Source: Okamejei kenojei
Taxonomy: Eukaryota
Assembly (NCBI GenBank): GCA_035221665.1
Contig: CM069162.1
Location: 23,498,001 to 23,562,000, forward strand
Direction: 5' to 3'
Length of the DNA: 64,000 bases
The notes below the pieces were generated by a model that did not search any database, was not told the origin of the DNA, and saw only the letters and a program-made list of their open reading frames with translations. A program made the translations under genes and the position numbers. Shown one piece after another: positions 38,060-49,784 of the stretch (position 1 is the stretch's first letter; every line of letters starts with the position of its first letter).

Positions 38060-39660
38060 CGAAGATAGCCACAGAGTGCTGGTGTAACATAAATACAACA
38101 TAAATAATCTGCCGGAAATAGCAGGGGACCGGGGGTCAAATGAGATGGAACTGAGTGTAATCCAGGTTAGCCGGGAAGTGGTGTTAGGTAAATTGAATGG
38201 ATTAAAGGCCGATCTAAATCCCCAGAAAGATAGGCAGCAATCCATAGTATTAAGGAAGTAGCCCCCCAGAAAATAGTGTGAGATGCATTGTGATAATTTT
38301 TCAAAAACTCTTTAGATTCTGTAGTAGTTCCTGCGGATGGAGGGTACTAATGTACCCACTTTTTAAAAAAAAAGTCGGTACAAAGAGAGGGAAACGGGGG
38401 GGAATACGACCTGTTAGTCTAACATCGGTAGGTGGGGTACATGCTTATCAGTTTATATAAAGAGATGGGATTATGCTCATATTGGAGTGGTGAAATCAAT
38501 TGGACAAAGACCAGCATGGATTTATGAAAGGTCAATAATGTTGAGATTTTTATTTTGACGGAGGATGAACTATAGAGTGGAATAGGAGAGAACCCCTAGT
38601 GGAGTGTGTTATATTGGACTTTCAGGAAGGCTTTCGACAAGGATAAGGTCCAAACGGATTAGTATGCAAATTAAAGCACACGTATAGGGCGTTCTGTATT
38701 GATGTGGATAGAGAAGACTGCTGAGCAGTCAGGAAGCACAGAGTAGTAGTAACGGGTCTTTCAGAATGGGCTGGCAGTGTCTATGGGGGTTAATACGCAA
38801 AGGCTCAGTGCTGGGACCCCCTCCCAGCTATTTACAATATAATATTAATGATTTGGATTGAGAATTGAATGCAACATCTCCAATGCCGATGACACGAAGC
38901 TGGGGGGGTAGTGTTAGCTGTGAGAGGCGGAGCTAGGAGGCTTGCAAGGTGACTTGGATAGTGGGAGAGTGGGCAAATGCATGGCAGATGCAGTATAATG
39001 TGGATAAATGTGAGGTTATCCACTTTGGTGGCAAAAACAGGGAAAGTAGACTATTATTTGATGAGTGGCCGATTAGGAAAAGGGGAGATGCAACGAGACC
39101 GCCTGGGTGTCATGGTACACCAGTCATTGAAAGTAGGCATGCAGGTACAGCAGGCAGTGAAGAAGAAGCGAATGGTATGTTAGCATTCATAACAAAAGTA
39201 ATTTGGAGTACAGGAGCAGGGAGGTTCTACTGCAGTTGTCAGGGTCTTGGTGAGACCACACCTGGAGTATTGCGTACAGTTTTGGTCTCCTAATCTGAGG
39301 AAAGACATTCTTGCCATAGAGGGAGTGCAGAGACGGTTCACCGACTGATTCCTGGGATGTCAGGACTTTCATATGAAGAAAGACTGGATAGACTCGGCTT
39401 GTACTCGCTAGAATTTAGAAGACCGAGATGAGAAAGACATTTTTCACACAGAGAGTGGTGAGTCTCTGGAATTCTCTGCCACGGAAGGTAGTTGAGGCCA
39501 GTTCATTGGCTATATTTAAGAGGGAGTTAGATGTGGCCCTTGTGGCTAAGGGGATCAGGGGGTATGGAGAGAATGCTGAGTTGGATGATCAGCCATGATC
39601 ATATTGAATAGCGGTGCAGGTACTCCTGCACCTATGTTCTATGTGTCTATGTTTCTATGT
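38060..39660 (+). mobile_element. Long CR1 LINE fragment (RT region to 3'UTR) with many indels
   Basis: gactttcaggaaggctttcgacaagg (DFxKAFDK), ggctcagtgctgggaccc (GSVLGP), gccgatgacacgaagc (ADDTK); 3' part near-identical to 12014-12890. Confidence 0.9.
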
Positions 39661-40030
39661 AACTCAGCGGGTCAGGCAGCATCTGTGGAGAAAAGAGATC
39701 TCCAGAGGTGCTGCCCGACCCGCTGAGTTGCTCCAACATTTTGCTGAATTTGCTGAGTCAGCCGAGCTTTTTGTGTCCAGATTCGGAGTAAACCAGCATC
39801 TGCAGTTCTCCATCCTCGCCTTTGTTAATAGCAATGGCCTCGCGCATTCATTAAATGCCCTGGAACTTTGCGATACCACCATCCATTCGCGTTCAGGCAT
39901 TTCGCCAGACAAGGGGTGGGGGGGGGGGGGGGTACATAAACGCACAAACCTGCGCCAGCGGTGCAGCTTCAAGGAGCAGTGCTAAGTGTTTTCAAACAGC
40001 GAGAGCTGCTGCCGGGTGGCGGGGGGGCAA

Positions 40031-40375
40031 TGTGAGATTCCTGAGCAGAAAATTGTGATTGTGTCAGGACATGGAGATGATTAGCACGGCGCTGGCTTTG
40101 AGCGCGGAGCGTGAAACGGATTTGCCATTTACTACAGAGCGAGAAATGAGCGTTGAATAGCGTCCCCACTATGACACTGGGCGCCAGCCCCGACCGCCCT
40201 GACACCCGCACACACTCAGCGCCAACAATTTCTCGCTTCATTTTCCGCGGCGGGAGGGTCACCGCCGCCCAAGATGCGGATCCTGACGATGCGTCTCATT
40301 TGTCGGCGCGGAACCAGAAACTGAAGTATCTGTGACTGGAGACGGGCGGCGCTTTGGAGGGAGCAACATTCCGCG
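40031..40375 (+). repeat. Non-coding module B, copy 3 (with shared 3' extension)
   Basis: Matches B2/B4 through gaaccagaaactga, then gactggagacgggcggcgcttt...caacattccgcg. Confidence 0.95.
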
Positions 40376-43084
40376 AGGGCGGTGAATCTGTGGATTATTT
40401 GCCACAGAGGCTGTGGAGGTCAAGCCAATGGATATTTTTAATGCAGAGATAGATAGATTCTTGATTAGTACCCGTATCAGGGGTTATGGGGAGAAGGCAT
40501 GAGATTGGGGTTGAGAGGAAATGATAATGGACAATAGATAATAGACAATGGCCAAAGGTGCAGGAGGAGGCCATTCGACCCTTCGAGCCAGCACCGCCAT
40601 TCAATGTGATCATGGCTGATCATCCCCAATCAGTACCTCGTTCCTGCCTTCTCCCCATATCCCCCTGACTCCGCTATCTTTAAGAGCCCTATCCAGCTCT
40701 CTAGATAGATCAGCCATGATTGAATGGCGGAATAGACTTGACGGGCCGAGTGGCCTAATTCCGCTCCTATCACTTATGAACATGTAATACAATTATGCCA
40801 CATGCAAGAGTTGAGGTTAAGAATGTAAACTCATAAATGTCCGGGAAACAAATACTATGGTCGCAAGTTTGTACACCCCCCCCCCCCCCACCCCGCAGAA
40901 CCCGAGGCTTGATCAAGAAGCCCCAACCTAATCCGAGGAGGGGTCCCGACCCGTAGCGCCGCCTGTGCACGTCCTCCACAGATGCCGCCTGGCCCACTGC
41001 GCTCCTCCAGCACTTTGTGTTTCACTCCAGAACCCACTGTTCGGCTGTAAGAATATGGAACAGTACTCCCATTCACTTCTTTATTTTATGTTCTTTATCT
41101 CTCTCTATCTTTTTTCTTATTCAAAATGTAAATGTATAAATATAATATTTAGTCATTACGAATGTATGTAAGAAGTATTTTCGGGCAAACTAATAAAAAT
41201 ATTCATCAAAAAAAAAAACCCAAAAGAATATGGCACATGTGAGCGGCCCAGAACAGGCCCTTCGACCCACAATCTGTGCGCCCAAATAATCCAGGGGCCA
41301 ACTCTCATCTGCCTGCACGCAATCAACATTCCTCCTCCATTCCCGGAATTACCACGTGTTAATCCAAAAAAGTCTTACAAATGCCACCATCGCCACCCCT
41401 AGCAGTGCGGGCCGGGCACTCGCCGTTTTCTTTGTGAAAAAAAAAAACGTGCCCAGTACACCTCCTTTAAACATTGCCCCATCTCGCCCAATAGCTATGT
41501 CCTCTAGTATTTGATATTTCCAACATCGGAACACGGTTCTATACCTCTCATAACTTTATATGCTTCCATTAGAACCCCCCCCCCCCCCCCTCAACCTCCA
41601 AATCTATCCATCCTCTCCCTGTAGCCCACACTCCCTAATCCAGCCGTATTCTGGCGAACCTCCACTGTACCATTTCCAAAGCTTCCACATCCTTCCTGGA
41701 TTAGGGCGACAGGAGTTTCATATAATACTCTGAGTACAACCGGAATAATACGACCATCGTGAGATTGGTGCTGTTGTTGTATTGAGATCCCTTTGATCTT
41801 GTGATGACTGCGGTGAGCGGAGAGGAACCAAGGATTGGCGATTAATGACTATTATCGTGTCAATGATTAACCGGACTAACCAATTAACCGCACTCACCAA
41901 TTATTCGCCTTCAGACAGTTTATGGAATGACACAATTGCCCAACAGGGGTGCCCACGATCAATGCATTACAAAGGCTATTGGTGTTTTGTTCGTGTTATT
42001 GTTCCCACCTGACCCCGAACATTAAATGTAACATAATGTGAGTCAACTGACGCTAGAATCCTGCCCAATCATCGCCCTTTATGTGGAGGACACTTAATGC
42101 AGACAAAGACCCGCCCAAGAAAATAACACGCCCATCCGGTGAAACACAGTGGCCCCAGAGAATATCGATTACAAAGTCATATATCGGCATGAATTGTGAA
42201 GAAGAGCCTCGACCCGAAACGTCACCCATTCCTTCTTTCCAGAGATGCTGCCGGTCCCGCTGGGTACTCCAGTTATTTGTGTTTATCTTCCATATACAGA
42301 CATGTTACTCTGTGTTAGCTCAGCTTCTCATCTACAACCATTGTCATGTTATCGCCCCCCCCACCCCCCCCCCCCCCCCACCACCCGAACACGCAGTATT
42401 TGACATCAGCTACCGTGGTTATCTGGAACTTGGGGCGTTTTCTATTGTGGCCACTGGGCCAATGGCATTCGAAAGAGTGAAAAAATATATTTTCCGGACT
42501 CACCAAAGGCGATGCAACTTTCTGTAAGCCACCTTCAATTCCGCGGCTCTCTCCCGAAACGTATCCATGTGTCCCGGGAAACCCATGAAATACTTGGCAA
42601 CGTTGGAAGGGCGGTGCGCGCAGACGTTACTGGCAGTCAATGCGGGCAATGTCTCCTGGCACAACCGTGTCCCCGGGAGTGGAGCTATTATGGCCCCTCT
42701 TCCGGGGGTTCTCTCATATGTGCTGGTTGAACATTTGGATTCCGTTTCACATGTCTTCAGTTGAAAGCAGCATCTGCAGTTCCTTCCTACAGATCCTAGT
42801 TTGACTGTGCCCCCTGATTCATTTTTATTCGTTATGCCCCGTTGTCACCTTCCCCAGCTAACAATAATCTATTCTATATTTTCCTTGATCTCGTTCCCTT
42901 TGATCTCTCGTTTTCACACCTCATCCCTTCCATACCTCTGCCTCCCTCTCCCCTGACTAAGGAAGGGTCTCGACCCGAAACGTCACCCATTCCCCTCCAG
43001 AGATGCTGCCTGTCCCGCTGAGTTACTCCAGCGTTTTATGTCTATTCCCACTATCACTTTGCCCCGGTTTCTCCCCACATTGGT

Positions 43085-43880
43085 GGAAATGTGTCAGACT
43101 CGATAACAATCAGCACGGGAGCACCTCAAGGCTGTGTGCTCAGCCCCCTGCTGTACTCACTCTATACTCATGACTGCGTAGCCGGTCATAGTGCGAACTC
43201 CATCATCAAGTTCGCTGACGACACCACTGTTGTGGGATGTATCACTGATGGGGATGAGTCGGAGTACAGAAGAGAGATCGAGCGACTGTCCATATGGTGC
43301 CAGCACAATAACCTGGTCATCAACACCAGGGAACTGATGGTGGACTTTGGAAGGAGTAGGATGGGGACCCATAGTCCTGTTTATATCAACGGGTCGATAC
43401 TTGAAATGGTCAAGAGCTTCAAATTCCTGGGCGTGCACATCTCTGAAGATCTTTCCTTGTCCGAGAAACACAGATGCAATTATTAACAAAGCTCATCAAT
43501 GCCTCTACTTCCTGCGAAGATTACGGAGAGAGTCGGTCTGTAAAGGAGGACTCTCTCTAACTTCTACAGGTGCACAGTAGAGAGCTTGCTGACGGTTGCA
43601 TCGTGGCTTGGTTCGGCAAGCTGAGCGCCCTGGAGAGGAAAAGACTACAAAAAGTAGTAAACACTGCCCAGTCCATCATCGGCTCTGACCTTCCTTCCAT
43701 CGAGGGGATCTACCACAGTCGCTGCCTCAAAAGGCTGGCAGCATCATCAAGGACCCACACCACCCTGGCCACACACTCATCTCCCTGCTACCTTCAGGTA
43801 GAAGGTACAGGAGCCTGAGAACTGCAACGACCCGGTTCAGGAATAGCTACTTCCCCACAGCCATCAGGCTATTAAACCTG
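43085..43880 (+). mobile_element. Rex1/Babar-type LINE RT fragment
   Basis: STGAPQGCVLSPLLYSLYTHDC...IIKFADDTTVVG...FKFLGVHISEDLS; frameshifted continuation KAHQCLYFLRRLR. Confidence 0.88.
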
Positions 43881-44629
43881 GCTCGGACAAAACTCTGAAC
43901 ATTAATACCCCTCCATCTGTTATTTGCACTTTATTAATTTATTAATTAATGTGTGTATTTAAGTATATAACTGTAGTCAATGCCTACTATGTTCTGCTGT
44001 GCTATGCAAAGAAAGAATTTCGTTGTCCTGTCAGCTCTTTTGACTCTTTGACATCCCAAAGGCGTGCTGATTGTGAGTGGATTGGCCGCTGGTAATTACC
44101 CCGATTGCAGGCACACGGTGAATAGCCCCGAGAGCTAGCAGAGATGCGATGGAACAAACCGTTTAGTACATGTCGCGTGAAGCACACGAACAGGGCATTG
44201 GGGCAAATCATTTCCCCTGGTTCTTTGAAAGAAAAACCCAATTGAAGTCTATACCTCATCCCTGTTCCTCCGCACTGAATCTCCAATTTTCATTTTCAAG
44301 GCGGTATTCGTCAAATTTTATTTTGAGAATTCATACGAAATGTTTAACAAAATCACAGTGAAAATGTTTTGCTAGCATTAAGGTATGCAAATAAATAGTC
44401 ACCCATAACATTTTTCAGAGTATCCGCGCCAGGATACACCCTTTGTTCTCCCACCTCCCCATTTGTCCTCAACATGTTTTCATGTGGATATGTGGGGAAT
44501 GAGGGGCAGTGAATAATGTGCAGGCAGATTAGATGTGTACTCGGTATCGTGTTCAGCACAGGCATTGCGGAACGAAGGGCCTGTTCCGGTGCTGTGTTTT
44601 TCTATTTAAGAAGTGCTGGAAAATTGGAA

Positions 44630-44835
44630 GGTAGACAAAAGTGCTGGAGAAACTCAGCGGGTGCGGCAGCATCTATGGAGCGAAGGAAATAGGCAACGTT
44701 TCGGGCCGAAACCCTTTAGGGTTTCGGCCCGAAACGTTACCTATTTCCTTCGGGTTTCGGCCCGAAACGTTGCCCATTTCCTTCGCTCCATAGATCCTGC
44801 TGCACCCGCTGAGTTTCTCCAGCACTTTTGTCTGC
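44630..44835. repeat. Palindromic (head-to-head) dimer of the Penelope terminal repeat
   Basis: gacaaaagtgctggagaaactcagcgggtgc...gcacccgctgagtttctccagcacttttgtc; TSD-like ctgtg(t/c)ttttctat at 44592-44605 and 44836-44849. Confidence 0.85.
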
Positions 44836-45794
44836 CTGTGCTTTTCTATGTTGTTAGCACAGACACCAACTTAGCCGCCCCGCAAACTGAAACCCATCAT
44901 CTCCAATCCACCCCAGCGAAGGGTGTGCTTTTAGAGCATATATTATCTCTCTCTCTCGATCTCTTTCTCTATCTCCCCCCCCCCCCCCCCTCCCTCTCTC
45001 TCTCTCTCAGGCACGCAAACACACATTTTTGAGCCTTATTCCTGGGAGTTTGTTTATGTACCAAAAGGGACTGACAGCAGAAAAGTCGTGGGACGAGTAT
45101 AAATCTTCAACGTGCTGCGATCCAAATGACGGCCAAATCTGCCGCCAATCTACACTCTGGTTATTTCAATCTCGATAGTGATGTTGCGACTTCAAGTGCT
45201 CCCAGTTAACGTGGTGATCAAAAAGAATGTTTTCACTGAGTTTCACCTGGGTTGAGTCCGACTAGGCAACGATGGCGAGGTCGATGGCGCGGTTCTTCGT
45301 TTTTCGTGTAAGAAAACGCACTGTTTCTAAATTATCTTTCGCATTTTCTCGCTAAAAGATGCAGGGGTGCCAGGTGAATTTTAGCAAGTTAAGTCCCCGT
45401 GTTCATTAAACACACGGACTTATTAGCACTAATACGATAACTATCTGATTTTAAAGTCACCACCTGTAGCCAGATTATTAGTGGAGGTCGGTGGGTTACT
45501 AACACTGTGTCCTCTGATCGTGGAGAATATTAAATCGCCCAAGTTACCGGAGGAACTCAGCGGCTCAGGCAGCAAATGTGGAGGGAATGGACTGAGGCCG
45601 TTTCGGGTCGCGATCCTTCTTCAGTCTGTCCATTCCCTCCAGAGATGCTGCCTGACCCGCTGAGTTCCTCCAGAACTTCGTGTTTTGCTCAAGATTCCAG
45701 CATCTACCTGGTTTCCAAAAAAACTTTTGGAAAGATTAGGATGTTAAGATAGGAGGGATACAAAAGGCTTGAGACGGAATCTAAACAAACATCC

Positions 45795-45800
45795 TTTATT
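45795..45800 (-). terminator. Candidate HES3 polyadenylation signal AATAAA
   Basis: tttatt on the plus strand, ~215 nt after the HES3 stop codon. Confidence 0.6.
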
Positions 45801-46013
45801 CCTTCTAGATATAGAATTAATATTCCAACAATTTTCTTACAAAGCAGTGACATACACTTATATACAAAGAAGGGTCTCGACCCGAAACGTCACCCGTTCC
45901 TTCTATCCAGAGATGCTGCGTGCCCCGCCGAGCGACGCCAGCATTTTGCGTCTATCTGCAGCATCTGCAGTTCATCCCCTCACTAGTTCAGTACAGCGCA
46001 GAGGAGAAGAGAG

Positions 46014-46441
46014 CTACCAGGGCCGCCACAGCGGTTCCAAGTCAGGGGAGGCTACGCGGTTGGCGGGGGATTTAGTTTGGGCAGCGACAGGCGCGGCGCC
46101 CTGCTTTTGTGCGGGGATCTCCGGGCTGGAGTTTTCAGTCGAAGCGATGTCAGCTCCTTGTTGCCGGCTGCTGTGTCGAAGCGCGGGGGCACACAGCTCG
46201 CCTTGGGGCTGGCCCGCCGGATTGACCAGGAGCCGGCCTTCGGTTCGGCTGCCGCCGTCCACCGCGCCGAAGCCGGAGCCCGAAAAGACGGGGAAAGCGG
46301 TGACCAGGTGGTTGAGTACCCCCAGCCGCAGATGCTCCTCTGTGGCCTTGCTCCGCAGCAGGTACTGGCTGACTGCGTTCAGGCAGCTCCTGAATCCCGC
46401 CTGGTACTGCGCCACTCCGTCTCTGGACATCCGCACCGCCC
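46014..46441 (-). CDS. HES3: HES3/her3 last exon (Orange domain and WRPW)
   Basis: gtttag|GG GCG GTG...; QYQAGFRSCLNAVSQYLL...VLNHL (Orange domain); ends LWRPW-TAG (Groucho/TLE-binding motif). Confidence 0.93.
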
Positions 46442-46766
46442 CTAAACACACACACACACACACAGTCAGTGCCACCGCGCCAACACCTCCACTTATATCC
46501 TAGGCACATAACACGTCCCAACTTCAGAAGATGGACACAAGATGCGGGAGTAACTCATCGGGTCAGACAGCGTTCTCTCTTCCCTCCTCTTCTGGAGAAA
46601 AGGGATCGGTGACCGTTCGAAGACTTCTCCAGAGATGCTGCCTGTCCCGCTGAGTCACCCCAGCTTTTTCTATCTATCTTCGGTCTAAACCAGCATCTGC
46701 AGTTCCTTCCTCCACCAACACCTGGGGTGGTCTTAGATCCCCCCCCCCCCCCCCCCCCCCCCCCCC

Positions 46767-46801
<35 letters not shown>

Positions 46802-47299
46802 ACGATTTAACCACGTCCGCTCACAGGAAAGTTGAACATCCCAGATACATTAACACTCCTCCTGAATTCCTGAAATAATCTCTTCAAATGCAGGTTCTTC
46901 TGTTGGAACCATTCGGCCCAACTGCTCAATACTCTCCCCATTACTCCGCCACCCCAGCCCCCCGCTGACCATTTCATTCCCTCCCCTCTGTGTGGGGGAG
47001 GGGGGAGGGGGGATGGGTACATAATTCCCATATCTTCCCGCAAAAAAATAACCTTTAAATAACCCTTCTTCCCCGCCGCCAACCGCAGCGCAACTTAGAT
47101 TCCCGGTCAATTGGTGCGCGCTATATGATGAGGAAGGGAGGGAGGGGGCGGGATCAGCTCCTTAGTCAAAGGAGAGATTTTATTAAATTAGTCAGTAATA
47201 AACAGTATTCACTCCGCGGGAATCACAACGCCTGATAATTGCTGACAGCGCGTTTGTATTCGGAAATATCAAGCATTTCCCTGTATTGGCAGGAACTGG

Positions 47300-47319
47300 A
47301 ATCTCTCTCTCTGTCTCTG

Positions 47320-47373
<54 letters not shown>

Positions 47374-47513
47374 ACCCATTCTCGTTACACTCTCTCACAT
47401 TCCCTCACTCTCACATACCCTCACTCACTCTCATACTTTCTCGCTCTCTCTCAAACATACTATCTCACTCTCACACTATCTCTCACGCTATCTCACACGC
47501 TCACACTATCTCT
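47300..47513. repeat. (CT)n/(CTGTCT)n microsatellite in HES3 intron 3
   Basis: Directly visible, runs into a gap. Confidence 0.9.
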
Positions 47514-47876
47514 NNNNNNNNNNNNNNNNNNNNNNNNNNNNNNNNNNNNNNNNNNNNNNNNNNNNNNNNNNNNNNNNNNNNNNNNNNNNNNNNNNNNNNN
47601 NNNNNNNNNNNNNNNNNNNNNNNNNNNNNNNNNNNNNNNNNNNNNNNNNNNNNNNNNNNNNNNNNNNNNNNNNNNNNNNNNNNNNNNNNNNNNNNNNNNN
47701 NNNNNNNNNNNNNNNNNNNNNNNNNNNNNNNNNNNNNNNNNNNNNNNNNNNNNNNNNNNNNNNNNNNNNNNNNNNNNNNNNNNNNNNNNNNNNNNNNNNN
47801 NNNNNNNNNNNNNNNNNNNNNNNNNNNNNNNNNNNNNNNNNNNNNNNNNNNNNNNNNNNNNNNNNNNNNNNNNNNN
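47514..47876. other. Assembly gap within HES3 intron 3
   Basis: 363 N. Confidence 1.
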
Positions 47877-48378
47877 GTTATGTTGTATGATTAAAGGAAT
47901 CCGGGAACCAAGAGTGGGAAATGGAAGCGATGCAAATCTCACTGGACGATGGCCCAGATATTCTCTCATCTGCCTCTGCACCTGTTGGCAAAGCAGCAGC
48001 GAATGGAGGTCGCGTTAAAAGCAGAGAATCTCGTCTCAATATCAGTTTAGGACGAGTGGAGGGAATTATTGAATATGTGGGGAGGAGTTGTGTGATTTTC
48101 ACACGGAGGCTGATCGAGGCGTGGAACTCGCGCCTGACAGTGTTATGTGGCAGTGGGACCGGCATCGCGATGAATGTACACCGCGAGAGCCGGGTCCGGG
48201 GCCATAGATTTCCTCCAGGAAGGCAGGATGAATCCGGGCAGCCTCTTCTCGCTCTGCCGTGAATTTTCTTTACTCCCATGCAAAGAACCATTCACCCACC
48301 CCTCTCCTCCGACGCACAACTGGCCGTATACACCGCCAACACATCCCACCACCACCAACCCGCCCTGATAACACTCAC

Positions 48379-48460
48379 CCTGTCGAGAACTCTGCAAATC
48401 CCTCAGATGTTTCACTGTTAATTCCAGGATGTCGGCCTTTTCAAGTTTGCGTTTCCTAAT
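48379..48460 (-). CDS. HES3: HES3 exon 3 (loop and helix 2)
   Basis: cacag|ATT AGG AAA...CAG G|gtgagt; IRKRKLEKADILELTVKHLRDLQSSRQG; IRKRKLEKADILEL is HES3/her3-typical. Confidence 0.95.
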
Positions 48461-48550
48461 CTGTGGCGTAAAAACGCGAAGGGGACAAATGAGAGGGGCA
48501 AGGTACAGAGAAGGGAAGCACCCAAGGAAACAAACTTAACACAAAACACT

Positions 48551-48953
48551 GGCGGCACGGCGGCGCAGCGGTACAACTGCTGCCTTAGCGCCAGAGATCC
48601 GGGATCGATCCTGAATAAGGGTCTGGACCCGAAACGTCACACCCCTTCTCTCCAGAGAATCTGCCTGTCCCGCTGATTTACTCCGGCTTTTTGTGTCTAT
48701 CTTCCGACTACGGGTGCTGTCTGTACGGAGTTTGTACGTTCTCCCCGTGACCTGCATGGGTTTTACTCCAATATTTTTTCCGATATCCTCCCACACTCCA
48801 AAGACTTGGAGGTTAATTACCTTGATGTAAATGTAACTTGTCCCTAGTGTGTGTAGGGTGGTGCTGGTGTGCGGGGATCGCTGGTCGGTGCGGACTCGGT
48901 GGGCCGAAGGGCCTGTTTCCGCGCTGTATCTCTAAACTAAACTAAACTAAACT
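48551..48953 (+). mobile_element. V-domain SINE (HE1-like) with an inserted Penelope mini-element, in HES3 intron 2
   Basis: ggcggcacggcggcgcagcgg head, ggagtttgtacgttctccccgtgac V-domain, (ctaaa)n tail; Penelope unit at about 48612-48704. Confidence 0.85.
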
Positions 48954-49019
48954 GAAGGAAACACTTGGGCAGAGTTGGCGCGGCGGCGGGAGGGGACGTT
49001 GGCAGGTTTGGGTCCTCAC

Positions 49020-49115
49020 GTTATTTGAGTAGTGGTCTTCCACCAACGCCTTCAGCTGTTCCAGGCACTCGTTGATCCGGGCCCTTCGCTTTTTCTCCAT
49101 CAGTGGTTTTGAAAT
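49020..49115 (-). CDS. HES3: HES3 exon 2 (basic region and helix 1)
   Basis: ttgcag|ATT TCA AAA...AAT AAC|gtgagg; ISKPLMEKKRRARINECLEQLKALVEDHYSNN, 96 nt, phase 0/0. Confidence 0.95.
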
Positions 49116-49436
49116 CTGCAAACAAGAAACACGTTACTCGCTTTGCACTTTCCCCAGACCAACGCGCCATCAATCCTTCCACTGAAAATTCCCTCCCACA
49201 GATGCTGCCTCGCCCGCTGAGTTTCTCCAGCATTTTTTTTTTTAAATCTCCCTCCAAAATAAGGCCGGAGTAACTAAGTTGGAGTGACTCCAGCTTTTTT
49301 GTATCGCTCTTTGGCATAAACCAGCATTCGCGGTTCCGCCTGTCCCCGCTGAGTTACTCCAGCATTTTGTGCCTATCCGCGGTTCCTCCCGACACACTTC
49401 ATCAATCGGCTGGATTGCAGCAAATCTCGCACCCAC

Positions 49437-49507
49437 CTTCCTGTGGCCGCAGGTTGTGTGGCGACTGGGAGCAAGAACCGCCCCGCCGGCTTGTTGGTAT
49501 TTTTCAT
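49437..49507 (-). CDS. HES3: HES3 exon 1 (reading frame ambiguous as assembled)
   Basis: ATG at 49507; donor AAG|GTGGGT at 49437 gives ...HRK|ISKP in the HES-typical frame, but the ATG is one base out of that frame. Confidence 0.55.
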
Positions 49508-49628
49508 TTCACGCTCTCTTTTTTTTTTACCCCCCCTTATAGTTATGTTTTTTTTTCTCTCTGTGTGTGCTTGCTCCGCGAGAACAGGTGAGCGGTGAAA
49601 TAGCCGGGAGCGCCGTCGGCGAGGGGGG

Positions 49629-49784
49629 TTATAAAGCATCGCCACTTTGCATCTGAATGCAGGGAGTCGCCGCTCCCCGCAGCTGCCCGCGCCCATTGTA
49701 ACGCGACAGAGAGAGAGAGAGAGAGATCCTTTCATCATTATTCCTCCCCACTGGATTTGAAACACGGAGCTGATCGGCCAATGG
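49629..49784 (-). promoter_or_regulatory. HES3 proximal promoter
   Basis: TTTATAA TATA-like box 49629-49635; Sox-Oct-like CATTCAGATGCAAAG 49645-49659; SOX site CATTGT 49694-49699; CCAAT 49778-49782. Confidence 0.65.

Noticed and set aside
45769-46503. 244-aa plus-strand ORF
   Set aside because: Antisense shadow of the GC-rich HES3 last exon plus a repeat fragment.
47239-48018. ORFs spanning N-gaps and microsatellites (also 18724-19194, 25309-25710, 36877-37359, 12810-13191)
   Set aside because: Artefacts of N runs and low-complexity sequence.
46014-49507. Calling the HES gene HES5 or HES2 on synteny grounds
   Set aside because: ISKPLMEKKRRARIN, HYSNNIRKRKLEKADILELTVK and the Orange segment match HES3/her3, not HES5 (LRKPVVEKMRRDRIN).
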